The notes: a model not told the origin generated them from the sequence alone. A stretch of 64,000 nt of DNA from Mobula hypostoma (GCF_963921235.1 NC_086097.1:203424001-203488000), one strand, 5' to 3'. Counted from the first letter of the stretch, positions 1-13,195 are shown. Made by a program: numbers and translations.

Positions 1-190
1 AACACTGTACCAACAGTCATACAAAGCACAAATAGCAGATATAAGATAGCAAGTAAACATACATTCATGCAAAAATCATACATCCTGAATCAAAAATCCT
101 GAGTGACATGTCCTGTAAATTGATGGTGCATGGGTGTTATTGGCAAGTAAAAAACAGTCCTTGGCAGTCTGCAGATGAACGAACATACAT

Positions 191-249
<59 letters not shown>

Positions 250-530
250 AGCTTGTTATTCCACTGATTGGACACCGGAGGGCAGCACCAACTGGAGAGG
301 CCAGCCCCCAGCTCCGCACCGCCTCAGACGTGTCCTCTCCTGGACTGCGACTTGAAGTCTGGTCCTTGCTGTAACGGAGTCCGTGCAGCTCCCCCACTGA
401 CTGTCTGTAGTAACCCCTTGTGACTTTTGCTGGGATCAACTAACAAAATATAAAATTTACCTTTATAATTTACAGCCCTGAGATTGAATTGCAGGAGAAG
501 CGTATACCATAGTTAACGAACCCATCTGAA
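1..530 (-). mobile_element. Non-coding dispersed retroposon, same family as 7015-7822, running off the window start
   Basis: Reverse complement of ~98-345 aligns with ~7440-7645 (tccaggagagg...ttggtgctg...ataacacc.atgcacc.tcaatttacaggacatgtcactcagg). Confidence 0.7.
192..245. repeat. (CA)n microsatellite
   Basis: About 27 perfect CA units, lying inside the retroposon. Confidence 0.98.
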
Positions 531-842
531 ACTTACTCAATTACTATTTTGGAAGATGGTTTACCCACTTATTTTAAGAAAATTAAGGTCTTTTTTAAAA
601 CGTTGGAGGGAGGAATTTCAGATGAATGTGCGAAGTATCCATATACAGCTTACTCACAACATGAATTCAGAGACTATAAAGAATCTTCTTGTATATTTGA
701 GCAAAGAAAAGTGGAGATCAGGATTAGGCAAATCAAAGAGAAGGAAACAGTCAAAATTTAGCATTGTTGTTCAAAGGCACTGAGTCGACCTTTGACCCTT
801 CAGTGAGATGAATTGTTTTCAATGTTTAGATTCTTATCTTAG

Positions 843-992
843 CTGTACATACACCGTAAAGTGTTAATTGAGATGTTTGGAGTTACTTCTGAGAATTTAT
901 TGTTCATTTTTCATATGAACAATCCTTCTTACATTAACGAAACCTTTCTTCAAAGGATTATAATAGAAATCCTTCCTCCTCTAGGGAGGTTA
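843..992 (+). CDS. Candidate internal coding exon of an unidentified host gene (LYIHRKVLIEMFGVTSENLLFIFHMNNPSYINETFLQRIIIEILPPLGRL)
   Basis: Pyrimidine-rich acceptor ttcttatcttag, 150-nt open frame in phase 0/0, donor gtaagt (alternative donor gttagt after 988). Non-repetitive sequence; no family recognised. Confidence 0.3.
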
Positions 993-3029
993 GTAAGTTA
1001 CAGCTGGATATTTTAAATTAATACAAATAAATGCTACTTTGAAAAGTACCTTAATATTGAGAAAAAAAAGATCTATCTTTCATTTTGAGGAGCTGGCATT
1101 CTAGGGCTCTGCGATAGCTGGCAATTGTTCCCCAGTGTCCTCTAGATGACACGGGCAATGTAGCCACAGGATTTTTCAGTGTCAGACTCGAGGAGAGGAA
1201 GTGGGTAATAAAACAAAAATCCAAACTGCTCACTAGAACTACTGACTCGGAGCTTGAGTTAATTGCATTAAAATGGGAAAGAATTTAAACTAACCTTTTT
1301 TTTCTCATCTAATTTGATCTTGTAAATTTGCCAGCTCTCCACTCTTGTTTATGAGGCAGTAACGGCATTTTTCTATCCAGTTCCTTTTGCCGATATGCTT
1401 TCAGCTACCTTCTGGAACTGGGCTGCTTGATAATGAAAGTTTCTTGCAGTTAAATGTTAGTTGTCATTAAGCTGATCTCGTGCGAGGGTGCCAGACTGCA
1501 ATGCTGGCAGATTCCTGACTCAGTTTCCATGAATGGCTGAAGGCTGTCTAATTCAGGTTCATCCTCACTTACTGATCTGGGCAAGGACTGGATTAAACAG
1601 TGTACATTACTCTGGGAAGTTGCTGATGTACAATGGCCCAAGGACTATTGCGGTTAGTGCTTCAGAAGCTTATCGTTAGATCCAGTCATCCAGATGGAGC
1701 GATGGCTGTGCATTTTTGCACTGGCGTCTCCTCTTGTCTGGAAATTAATGGTGCAGATTGTAGTTGGACTCCAGCATCTTTTTGGAAATTTAACATAAGG
1801 GTGGTATTGACACATAAAACTTAAGGCTGGAAAAGCAGATTTACCAGAGTGCATTTACTTGGAGCAAGTCTCATTTGGGTAATTGTAATATTCGATAACA
1901 GTGCTAAACAGGTGATGTTAGTTTGCCCAAGTATAACTAACCAGGATGTTGCCAATTGTACAGTACTGACAAAAGATAAAATTATTCATTGATTCAATTT
2001 GATAAGCCTGCAGAACAGATGAATATGGGGCACGGAGTTTATATTGTTTGTGTGTGAGGAGAAGGGGGTGAACACTGCGAGAGAAGAAACATTTCTGCTC
2101 TGTCCTTTGATTAAAGCACGTTCACCACTTCCATATGAGATCTGGAATGTTTTTATTTGAAAGCATTACCTAACTGAACTCTCAGCTAAACTGTATATTG
2201 TATTTCTGAGAATGAAAAGGAAGTTAACCCTCTCAATACTGAAAATCTTGAAGTGCAACCTGCTGCGAATGAGCTCCAGAATTTTTAGTAATGTGACATA
2301 ACACTCCAAGACGTTCGTTTAACTTCTGAATCTGGGGAAGTTCTTACAACACCTCTATTGTACAAGACAGGTACAAGGAAAACTTATTGCCTGAGAACCA
2401 TTCTTTGTCAGCCATCTGTTACTACTAGCCAATGCATTATCTTTCTCTGTCTTTTGTAGCCTTGGTCCTCCTCTATCTTTCCTACTCTACAGATCGTCTG
2501 AATGTCACTTGCCTTTTCAGAACTCCCAGAGTTTTAGCTGTTCTTCCACTTCTCTTCAGTTTCCCCTGTTTTGAAGTAATTGTTTAGCATCACACGCTTC
2601 TCATTCTTTCCTCAGAACCAAAGAACTCATGACTTCCATTTTCTTTTAATACTCAAACTTTCAAAAATACAGACATCATTCAATCTAAGCACTGCTCCCA
2701 GTTTTTCCCAAAGCTGATGCAATTCTGTTCTCTCTGCCCTTTCATTTTGACTAAATGAGTTGCACATGAAGATGGGAGTGAATATAATCCAAATAATCAT
2801 TATAATAATGAAAACAGTGAACAGTACAGTACAGGAACAGGCCCTTTGGTCCATGATGCCTGTGCCAATGGCATAATGTGAATCCAAACCCAACCTATCT
2901 GCCTGCACTTGGTCTGTATGCCTCTTAAACTTTGCTATTATATCTGGTTCCCCCACTTCAACTGCAACAAGTTCCAGAATCCTTTCACTCTGAGCAAAAA
3001 AGAAAAGCTACTTTCTTAAAAAAAGGAGT

Positions 3030-4073
3030 GAATGGGAATGAAAGGATACCGGTGACTACTGGATTTCTGCAGGGGTTGGTGTTGGGACCACTTCGGTGAT
3101 GTCCATTAATGATTTAGATGATGGTTGATTGCTTTGTTGCCAAGTTTTCAGGTGATATGAAGATTGGTGGAGGGGCAGGTAGTGTTGAGGAAACAGGAAG
3201 GCTGCAGAAAGACTTAGACAGATTAGAATAGGCAAGATAGTGGCAAATGAAATACAATGTTGGAAAATGCATGGTCATGCACTTTAGTAGTAGAAATAAA
3301 TGTGCAGACTATTTTCTAAACAGGGAGAAAATCCAAAAATCTTAAATGCAAAGGGACTTGGGAGTCCCTGTGCAGAACACCCTAAAGGTTAACTTGCAGG
3401 TTGAGCTGGTGGTGAGGAAGGCAATTGCCATGTTAGCATTCATTTTGAGAGGTCGAGAATACAAAAGCAAGGATGTGATGCTGAGGTTTTATAAGGCACT
3501 GGTGAGCTTGAGTATTGCGAACATTTTTGGGCTCCTCATCTAAGAAAAGATGTGCTGGCATAGGAGTGGGTTCAGGGGAGGTTCGTAAGGATGATTCCAG
3601 GAATGAAAGGGTTATCATACGAGGAACGTTTGATGGCTCTGGCTCTGTACTTGCTGGAATTTAGAAGGATGAGGGGGGACCTCATTGAAACCTTTTGAAT
3701 ATTGAAAGGCCTAGACAGAGTAGATGTGGAAAGGATGCTTCCCATGGTGGGGGAGTCTAGGACAAGAGGGCACAGCCTCAGGATAGAGGGGAGTCCATTT
3801 AAAACAGAGATGTGGAGAAATTTCTTCAGCCAGAGGAGGGTGAATTTGTGGAATTTATTACCACAGGCAGCTGTGGAGGTCAGGTTGCTGGGTGTACTTA
3901 AGGCAGAGCTTGTTAATTTCTTGATTGGACATGACATCAAAGGTTACAGGGAGAAGGCTGGGGAGTGGGGTTGAGAAAGTGAAATATAAGATCAGCCATG
4001 ATTGAATGGCGGAGCAGACTTGATGGGCCAAATGGCCTAATTCTCTTCCTATGCCTTATGGTCTTCTGGTCTA
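3030..4073 (+). mobile_element. CR1 LINE, 5'-truncated (RT C-terminus and 3' UTR), decayed
   Basis: Degenerate QGxVLGP and xxDD RT motifs; ORFs QRDLGVPVQNTLKVNLQV and RTRGHSLRIEG...RNFFSQR; 3' tail cctaattctcttcctatgccttatggtctt. Confidence 0.9.
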
Positions 4074-4330
4074 AATCTCTTTTAAACATTCTCCCTTCAC
4101 CTTAATCTGTGCCCTATTGTATTTGACATTTCCACCCTAGGAAAATGACACAATTTATGCCCCTCGTGATTTTATATCCTTCTATCAGGTGCACAGCATT
4201 TCATGCTCCAGAGACAACATTCCTAAGTTGTTCAACCTCTCATAGAGCTAATGCCCTTTAACCCAGGCAACATTTTGGTGAACCTCTTTTGCACCTTCTT
4301 CTGTAATGTGGCAACCAGAAATGCATACCA
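4074..4330 (-). mobile_element. CR1 LINE fragment
   Basis: Antisense match to the CR1 ORF2 C-terminal region seen at ~10130-10400 (ccaggcaacattttggtgaacct). Confidence 0.65.
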
Positions 4331-5467
4331 GGTCAAATCCTCATTATTAATCATGAGTTATAAGGAAGAGAATTTGTGTCATTGTGTTGTATTACTGGAA
4401 AGTAACAACTAGTCCTCTCTGACAATTACTCGAGCGTATGTTTTCTCACTGGCTACTTCACGTCATAGGATGGAATTTTATGTTCTAAGTCTGTTGGAAG
4501 TTCTGACAGCTTTTGACAGATTTGATCCTCTTCACAAGATAGTTCCAAGAGTAGACCTTCTTTTTTCTGAAGTGTTCTACAACATTAATGTTTACAATAT
4601 AAATACTGACAAGCATAAATATCTTAAACTTGTTTATTGTCTTTTCAAGAGTCAATATTTATGCTACCATGGTTACAATATGCTTTTGCATTAAACCAAC
4701 TTTTGTGGTTTAGCTGCTTCCCTGCTTGCAAGATCTGTTCTCCTACAGTCTGCCCACATAGATTTTAATATCATGAGTATGTTTGAAAGATGCCAACTAG
4801 CTAGTGCTATTTTCTCAAACAATGAAGTTAAGGAAAGTAACTGTTTATATTCATTCACTCAAATACCCATAGGTTCTTCTATATTGTTGCTCAAGAATCA
4901 AGGATGGATTCTTTGTTGAAGTGAAATAGCATTATACAACAGTGGCTGATACACCAACATATTAAAAGTCAGACTGTATAGTATGCTTAGTTCTTCAAGG
5001 AAAATGCACATTCAATGTATTCTACATTGCTTCAGCTCAAAAAATTAACAAACGGAAGTATCAATATCTGTATCTAGATATGACATTATATTGTTAATTG
5101 ACTATTTGTATTTTCTTAGTTAACAGCTACGTATGTAATCAATTTACTGACTTCCTTAACCTCAAATGCAAGAGTGCTTTTGTTACTCCCAAAAGTGTCC
5201 ACTGCAGAAATTCCTGACTGATTGCCAACTGCTCAACAATGGGGCTTCATCATTCACACCATATAGTTTTCCATTTCCAGATCATCTGCATTCTCCTTAC
5301 TGCTCCATCTTGACAATTCCTTTTGATGGTCTCACTGGATAATTCTTATGATGGTCTCCACCTGTAACCATTTCTCCTGACCTTGCATCTTGAGCTCTTC
5401 CTGCCTGTTTACTTTGCTCCACTCACCCTTCCAAAACAAACCGCCCAGAGCTCAACTGCGCAACAGG

Positions 5468-6065
5468 AGTAGTAGTAGTAGTAGTAGTAGTCATACTTTA
5501 TTGATCCCGGGGAAATTGGTTTTCGTTACAGTTGCACCAAAAATAATAAATAGTAATAGAACCATAAATAGTTAGATAGTAATATGTAAATTATGCCAGT
5601 AAATTATGAAAATAAGTCCAGGACCAGCCTATTGGCTCAGGGTGTCTGACCGTCCAAGGGAGGAGTTGTAAAGTTTGATGGCCACAGACAGGAATGACTT
5701 CCTATGACGCTCTGTGCTGCATCTCGGTGGAACGAGTCTCTGGCTGAATGTACTCCTGACCCCAACCAGTACATTATGTAGTGGATGGGAGACATTGTCC
5801 AAGATGGCATGCAACTTGGACAGCATCCTCTTTTCAGACACCACCATCAGAGAGTCCAGTTCCATCCCCACAACATCACTGGCATTATGAATGAGTTTGT
5901 TGATTCTGTTGGGGTCTGCTACCCTCAGCCTGCTGCCCCAGCACACAACAGCAAACATGATAGTACTGGCCACCACAGACTCGTAGAACATCCTCAGCAT
6001 CATCCTGCAGATGTTAAAAGTCTCCTCAGGAAATAGAGGCGGCTCTGACCCTTCTTGTAGACAGC
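5468..6065 (-). mobile_element. Rex1/Babar-type LINE 3' end with (ACT)n tail
   Basis: ORF 5629-6003 MLRMFYESVVASTIMFAVVCWG...ILDNVSHPLH; antisense aataaa followed by an (agt)8 microsatellite tail. Confidence 0.85.
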
Positions 6066-6226
6066 AGCATGATAAAGATTGAATGGGGTGGTTCTGTGTA
6101 TAATCAAAATAGTGCCAGTTACTGACTCAGCAACCATTCATTCTCTTTGTCCAATATGTGGCTCTTCATTAACCCTTCATGATGGGGATAAATTGTTCTG
6201 CCTCCTCATTAGACACGTGGATGTTT

Positions 6227-6420
6227 GGGCACTGTGGTAGTGTATGGTTCGCGCAAAGCTATTACAGCTCAGAGTTCAGAATTCAAATCCAGCACCGCCT
6301 GTAAGGAGCTTGTACATTCTCCCAATGACTGCATGGGTTTCTCTCCCACAGTCCAAAGATTTACCAGTTAGTAGGTTAACTGGTTATTTAAAAATTGTCC
6401 TGTGATTAAGCTAGTGTTAA
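6227..6420 (+). mobile_element. tRNA-derived V-domain SINE (HE1-like)
   Basis: Degenerate A/B boxes, then V-domain ctgtaaggagcttgtacattctccc...gggtttc...ctcccacagtccaaaga...ggttaactgg. Confidence 0.7.
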
Positions 6421-6840
6421 AGGAAAACAGAATATGAAAGTAAACTGGTGGAAACTTGAAAATGAAGTGTGAGAGCTTTATAGTTAAGTAAAAACGGGAA
6501 GACTAGCTAGTTCCAATGTGGAATCCCTTACATATAGAGATAAAGAATTTATATTGGGCAATTATGAAATGGCAGAGGAATTAAACAAATAACTCCATGA
6601 AAGCAGACACAAAAACACTCTCAGAAATACTAAGAACAAATGAGGGAATAAAAGAAGCAATATTAATAAAAAGTCATTAAAGAAATTAATGTACCTGGAA
6701 ACTCATTAGTCCCAAGGGTTCAGTAGCCTAGAGTTTATAAAATGGGTAATGGGTACTACCTTCCAGATTTCTGGAGATTCTGGAATGTTTCAGTGATTTC
6801 ACTATTTAAGAAAGGAAGGGGAGAGAAAACAGAAAACTGT
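6420..6840 (+). mobile_element. Old CR1 ORF2 fragment
   Basis: gaaatggcagaggaattaaacaaata and ttccagatttctggagattctggaatg...tttaagaaagga match the CR1 at ~21.9-22.3 kb. Confidence 0.55.
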
Positions 6841-7014
6841 CTCCCCCTCCATTACTGAAATGTTATAAACCTATGAAACTGTTCTCTCCTGTGTTGTACT
6901 GCAAGTCTCAACAAATTGTATGGTACATGGAAATAAGATCTGAGTTTCACACCTGCTCTCTTCTAGTAAAGATTTCTCCAACAATCAAACTACCACAAAC
7001 AGAGCAAACTATCA

Positions 7015-7822
7015 TCTAATTTGCAGATTGCGTGACTTTGCTGAATCGTCTGCTTGTGTTTTTTCTCTTTTTAAATGTCTTTTTTATGATCGCAGGACAA
7101 TGTTGGACATTCAGAATTTCAGATCCTGCAGGTCTACCTCATCAGCAAGCTGCTCATTGGCAGAGAAGCTGGAGGAGTTGAAACTGGTGCAGACTGTCTT
7201 ACTGCCTGCTACAGGAAGGCATTGCAGTCAATGCACGAAGATACTATGCAGTCTAACCACGGGTGATTGTCTTGGATGTGTCTCCATGGCAACGATCACA
7301 GGACCCTGTTAGTCATTGTAATGTAAAATGCTGTAAGTCCATTTCCCTTGTTTATTGGTGAGATATACAGCAGGGGAGTTGTGTGGCCTCAGTTGTAATG
7401 AAGACTAGGCCTCAAGCCATGGGCTTACCTGTTGCAGCAGTCCAGGAGAGGCGATGCTGGAGGCAATGTAGCACGGCTTCTGTGCTGGGTTGGGGGTTGG
7501 TCCCTCCCATTTGGTGCTGTACTCCAGTGTCTGATCTGTGGAACAACAGGCAAGCGTATATTTGTCTGTGGACTGCTAAGAACTGCTTGTTCTTCCCGAT
7601 AACACCTATGCACCCTCAATTTACAGGACATGTCACTCAGGGACTTGGGCTGTATATATATTTTTGTGTGACTGTATATTTACTTGCTGTCTTATATGCG
7701 CTATATGTGCCTTGTGCTGTGTATGACTGTTGGTACTATGTTGTGTACCTTGGCCCCAGAGGAACACTGTTTGGTTTAGCTGCATTCATGTATGGTTGAA
7801 TGATAATTAAACTTGCACTTGA
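7015..7822 (+). mobile_element. Non-coding retroposon with a Rex1-type 3' tail
   Basis: Shares ~200 bp with the element at 1-530; ends catgtatggttgaatgataattaaacttgcacttga, matching the Rex1 tail seen antisense at ~29080-29115. Confidence 0.7.
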
Positions 7823-8504
7823 GCTGTGGTCTGCTTTATGTGAGCAAAGTTCCTTTGTGTACTGAGTGTATGCTATATTCACCACAATGAAAATATTTGC
7901 AAGGAAGGATATTATAGAAGCAGATGGGAACTGCATCTCATGAATTTCAAATGCAAAAACTCATGGGGTCCAACTCATAGAGTTTCCAGGAAATAATTCT
8001 TGCATTATTGAAGCACATTCCACTAGCTAAAATTATACTTTAAGTCAAAGATTCCCAGCCGGGTGGTACCTAAAAGGGCATTAGGGGAACTACAAGTCAC
8101 TGGGGGATGCTCAAGATTCTTGGGGAGGGGCAGTAAGTGGCACCCTAATTTGAAGCATGAGACCTGGCTGACTGTTAGTAGAACAGGCACCTCCAAAAAA
8201 AAGGAATAGGCATTGGAACATAGGAAGAACCACAGCTCTGCAGGTGGTAAGCACTCATCATCACAACGCACCTGAAACTTGGCAATTTCATCCAACCTTA
8301 CTAACCAAATAGACATTATTGGAGATGAATAAATCAGCAACCAGACTGTTCAATAGTTCCCATTGACTCACGGCATGGAACAAATTCATGCAATTCAACA
8401 GTTGGTAAGTCAAGTACACCCTCTTAGCTTTTACAGATCGATGGAAAACAGTCGCCCAAGGACACCCTGGAAAGGTTACTTATGGTATTATTCAGTTCCA
8501 GAAG

Positions 8505-9887
8505 ATGAAAGAAGCATTCAAAAAATGTTGCACACTTGAGTCATTTGCCAAGAAAGCTAAAAATGACCTTGATAGTGGTCTCATTGCTTTTTATAACATT
8601 TCCAAAATGATAGCAAAGTGTGGAAAATCTCATAGAATCAGTGAAGGATTAATAATGCCTGCTGTATCAGAAGTGCTCACCACTGTTCTCAAAATGGATA
8701 CCAGTATTTTAAAATCAATTCCTCTGTGTAATAACTGTGTAGCTCGTATTGACAAAATGAGTATCAACTATGCACAGAGCTACAAAAACAGAATTTTGGA
8801 TACTATTGGATGAGTCAACTGTGTGAGACAATGCGGCATTGCTAATGGAATAGGTACAGTTTATCAAAAATGGAAATGTTTATGAAGAGATCCTTTTTTG
8901 TAAAATGTTTAAAAAAATTAATGGAGAAACAATTTATGACAAGCTTATAATGTGTATTGAAGATGAAAGTACTCTGTTGATGAACATGATTTCTTGTGCA
9001 ACAGATGGAGCACCATATATGACAGTTCGCCATGCTGGTTTAGTGGCACTTATGAAAAATAAATTCCAAATCTGCTTGCAGTCCATTATGTAATTCATTG
9101 CCAATATCTCACAGCCAAACACCTCAGCCAGCACTTTTTTCAAGCATAATTCTTGTAATATCTGTGATCAACAAAATTAAAGCTCATCCATTAAATAGCA
9201 GAATATTCAACTCGTTATGCCAAGGTAATGATGAAGAGTTTGAATGCTTGCTTCTTCACACTGAAGTGCATTGGCTGTCAAAAGGCTGCTGCTTAAAACA
9301 TTACTTTGATCATTTTGACACTGTGGTTGAATTTTTGCTCAAAGTTGACAAGAGCTCGCGAAATAAGATTGAACTTCTACATGGAGATGTGCCATACCTA
9401 GCTGAACTGTATGACAAAATGAACATTCAAAATATGAAACTGCAGGGTGAGTATTTCAATTTTATCCAGGCAAAAAGTACAGTGTCCACTTTTATCAGAA
9501 AATTGGAGATATATAAGCAAAATATTGGGAGAAGAATGTTCTCACAGTTTCCCTCCATGAAAAACACAACACTGTCTTTCATAGATGGTGATTTGCAAGA
9601 GTACTGCTTACACCCGCAGTCACTGAAGAAGGATATTCAGAATCGATTCAAGGATCTAAACAATTTGAAAATTCTGGACTGGGTAGTTAACCCATTTCTT
9701 TGCAAAGTGGAAGAACAGGAAGAGAGCTTGCATGTAGAAATGATTGAAATTCAGAATGACGAAGAAGCAAAAAATGCTTTTCAAAAATGTTAGCTTTTGT
9801 GGTATGTGGCTAAACTGTCATACAAAATTTCCTGGTTTTTGGAGAAGAGCCAAACTGCTCTTTATTGCATTTCCATCCTCCTACCTT
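8505..9887 (+). pseudogene. hAT/Buster transposase pseudogene, N-terminal and core part (ZBED5/SCAND3/Charlie-like)
   Basis: IAKCGKSHRISEGLIMPA, ILDES region, CATDGAPYM, LLLHTEVHWLSKG, MKLQG, FSQFPS, WVVNPF, ending FPSSYL; frameshifts and stops. Confidence 0.9.
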
Positions 9888-12525
9888 AGATAGGAACATA
9901 GAAAACCTATAGCACAATACAGGCCCTTTGGCCCACAATGCTGTGCTAAACATGTACTTACTTTAGAAATTACCTAGGGTTAGCCATAGCCCTCTATTTT
10001 TTCTAAGCTCCATGTACCTATTCAGGAGTCTCTTAAAAGACCCTATCGTATCTGCCTCCACCACTGTCGCTGGCAGCCCGTTCCATGCACTCACCACTCC
10101 TTGTGTAAAAAACGTACCCCTGACATCTCCTCTGTACCTACTTCCAAGCACCTTAAAACTGTGCCCTCTTCTGTTAGCCATTTCAGCCCTGGGAAAAAGC
10201 CTCTGACTATCCACACGCTAAATGCCTCTCATCATCTTATACACCTCTATCAGGTCACCTCTCATCCCCCGTCACTCAAAGGAGAAAAGGCTGAGTTCAC
10301 TCAACCTATTCTCATAAGGCATGCTCCCTAATCCAAGCAACATCCTTGTAAATTTCCTCCGCACCCTTTCTATCGTTTCCATATCCTTCCTGTAGTGAGG
10401 TGACCAGAGCTGAGCACAGTACTCCAAGTGGGATCTGACCAGGGTCCTATATAGCTGTAATATTACCTCTGGGCTCTTAAACTCAATCCCATAGTTGATG
10501 AAGGCCAATGCACCATATTCTTTCTTAACCACAGAGTCAACCTGCGCAGCAGCTTTGTGTGTCCTAACGACTCAGATCCCAAGATCCCTCTGACCTCCAC
10601 ACTGCTAAGAGTCTTACTATTAATACTATATTCTGCCATCATATTTAACCTACCAAAATGAACCACCTCACACTTATCTGGGTTGAACTCCATCTGTCAC
10701 TTCTCAGCCCAGTTTTGCATCCTATCAATATCCCACTGAAATCTCTGACAGCCCTCCACACTGTCCACAGCACCCCCAACCTTTGTGTCATCTTCAAATT
10801 TACTAACCCATCCCTCCACTTCCTCATCCAGGTCAATTATAAAGATCATGAAGACAGGGGGTCCCAGAAGAGATCCCTGGGGCACACCACTGGTCACCGA
10901 TCTCCATGCAGAATATGACTTATCTACAACCACTTTTTGCCTCCTGCTTACCAAGGCCTTCTCATGGCCCCTCTGGATCCACAAAGCAAGGTCCCCTTGG
11001 ATCCCATGCCTCCTTACTTTCTCAATAAGCCTTGCATGGGGTACCTTATCAAATGCCTTGCTAAAATCCATATACACTACATCTACTGCTCTACCTTCAT
11101 CAATGTGTAAGGGGTTTCGTCTCTTATGTTACTGCGTAGGCTAAATAAAATGGCTTCTTTGTTATGTTATACTTGGGAATGCTTCTTTGTTATGTTAAAT
11201 GCTGAGAAAGTCCTCCCGCTAGCAGTTTGTTGAATCACGTTACTGATAGGAAGATGTTATGAACCAATTGGGATAGTTGTTATATTTTTGGTGTATCTGT
11301 AAGATATTGTATGTGTGGAGTTTTAGGGCAGAAGGCGGGAGAGAGAGACAGAGGATGGACCAGGTGCTGTGATGTCCGCTAACGGGGTTGGACCCCAAGG
11401 GCATTCGGCGAGGAGATGGAGATGGACTCGTGTGGAGCGTCTGGTCGACCATGGTTGTTGGTCCCAGGTGGCCGGTCAAGGTGGTCCGGGGGATCGCAGG
11501 GTGAAGAAGAAGGGTCCTGAGCTCCAACTGTTTGTGCACGAAGAGATTGAACTTTGATAAGTGTGGTGCCTTTTATTTTCCTTTTATATTTTATTCTCTA
11601 TTAATTATATAGCTCCAGTGATATCAATAAACTGTAAATCATTTAATTGTGTCTGGTGTATTGTCTGTTATTTGGGTGGGGTGGGGTACACAGTATCCAC
11701 ACAAACTAATTACCCAGTCTGGCGGGGCCGAGGGCTGTTTCCCTAGACGACAATGAGCCGAGCGACCCTGAGGGTGGCCAGGGGGGCTACAAGTGTGTTT
11801 AGTCAATCAGGCTCGTAAGGCACAACCTGCCTTTGACAAAGCCATGCTGACTATTCCTAATCATATTATGTCTCTCCAAATGTTCATAAATCCTGCCTTT
11901 CAGGATCTTCTCCATCTACTTACCAACCACTGAAATAAGACTCACTGGTTTATAATTTCCTGGGTTATCTCTACTCCCTTTCTTGAATAAGGGAACAACA
12001 TCTGCAACCTCCAATCCTCCGGAACCTCTCACGTCCCCATTAATGATGCAAAGATCATTGCCATAGGCTCAGCAATCGCCTCCCACAGTAGCCTGGGTAC
12101 ATCTCATCCGGTCCCAGAGACTTATCCAACTTGATTCTTTCCAAAAGCTCCAGCACATCCTCTTTCTTAATGTCTATACGCTCAAGCTTTGCAATCTGCT
12201 GTAAATCATCCCTACAATCGCCAAGATCCTTTTCTGTAGTGAATACTGAAGCAAAGTTTTCATTAAGTATCTCTGCTATCTCCTTCAGTTCCGTACACAC
12301 TTTTCCACTGTCACACTTGATTGGTCCTATTCTCTCATGTCTTATCCTCTTGCTTTTTACATACTTGTAGAATGCCTTGAGGTTTTCCTTAATCCTGTCC
12401 GCCAAGGTCTTCTCATGGCCCCTCTGACTCTCTTAATTTCATTCTTCAGCTCCTTCCTGCTAGCCTTATAATCTTCTTGATCTCTATCATTACCTAGTTT
12501 TTTGAACCTTTCATAAGCTTGTTGA
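9888..12525 (-). mobile_element. CR1 LINE (5'-truncated ORF2) inserted in the hAT transposase
   Basis: Antisense YMDFSKAFDKVPH, SGVPQGSLLGP, KFEDDTK, FNPDKCEVVHFG, RRGHSFK; 3' tail at the 9888 end; acctt flanks both junctions. Confidence 0.93.
11106..11791 (+). mobile_element. Solo LTR (686 bp), probably Gypsy-type, inserted in CR1
   Basis: TGTA...TACA termini; 4-bp TSD aatg (11102-11105) / agtg (11792-11795); aataaa near 11626; CR1 sequence resumes across it. Confidence 0.85.
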
Positions 12526-12530
12526 ACCTT

Positions 12531-12685
12531 GTTGAAAGAGGCTTCTGTGCGGTGAACCTCATACTCACAAAAATCAGAAACCTCTTGGATGTTTTTACGC
12601 GTAGGGACTTAAGGCTTTGCTGTCACAACTTGAACCAGATATTTCAACTCTTTCTAAAAACCATCATGCTCAAGGATCACATTGA
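12531..12685 (+). pseudogene. hAT transposase C-terminal dimerisation domain (continues from 9887)
   Basis: VERGFCAVNLILTKIRNLLD..DLRL then, after a frameshift, SQLEPDISTLSKNHHAQGSH*. Joins FPSSYL to give FPSSYLVERGF. Confidence 0.9.
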
Positions 12686-12708
12686 TATCGAAGCTGCTGT
12701 ACAGTGCA

Positions 12709-13195
12709 CAGCTGAAATGAAATATCTTTATTGTCATTGCATAGTACAATTTGTCATGCACCAATTTTGCGAAAATGACTTTGCAACTCTCGTACTCAAT
12801 GCTATAAAACAACAAATAAAATCAAGTAACCAGCCAGTACAAGCAATGTCCAGCAGTACAAAAGCACAACTCAGATACATGACAGCCATAAAACCAGTAT
12901 TAAAGTAGCAATAAACAAATTTATGGATGATGCCTGATCAATTGGTTCAGTGCAATTATACCTCTGGGGAAAAAGCTATTTTTCAGTCTGGAAGTGCGGG
13001 CATAGAAAATCTTACAACATCTGCCAGATGGAAGAAGATCAAACAGATGATTGCATGGATGTGTATTGTCCTTACAGATGCTTGTAGCTTTCCTTAGGCA
13101 GCGAGAGCTGTAGGTGTCCTCCAGGGCTGGGAGCTGTGTCCTGATGATCTCCTGTGCGTGAGAAACAACCTGCTGAAGTGCCTTCCTACTGTGCA
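12709..13195 (-). mobile_element. Rex1/Babar-type LINE 3' end inserted in the hAT 3' region
   Basis: ORF 12921-13196 ALQQVV..LPALEDTYSSRCLRKATSICKDNTHP..LLPSGR..SRLKNSFFP; antisense aataaa tail. Confidence 0.88.

Noticed and set aside
90..439. ORFs with CVCVCV or HTHTHT runs
   Set aside because: Translations of the (CA)n microsatellite inside a retroposon.
1450..1854. Minus-strand coding exon
   Set aside because: Two short ORFs in different frames separated by stops; no homology recognised.
9098..9793. Domesticated ZBED5/SCAND3-like gene (longest ORF in the window)
   Set aside because: Frameshifts, stops, nested insertions and transposon ends show a dead hAT copy.
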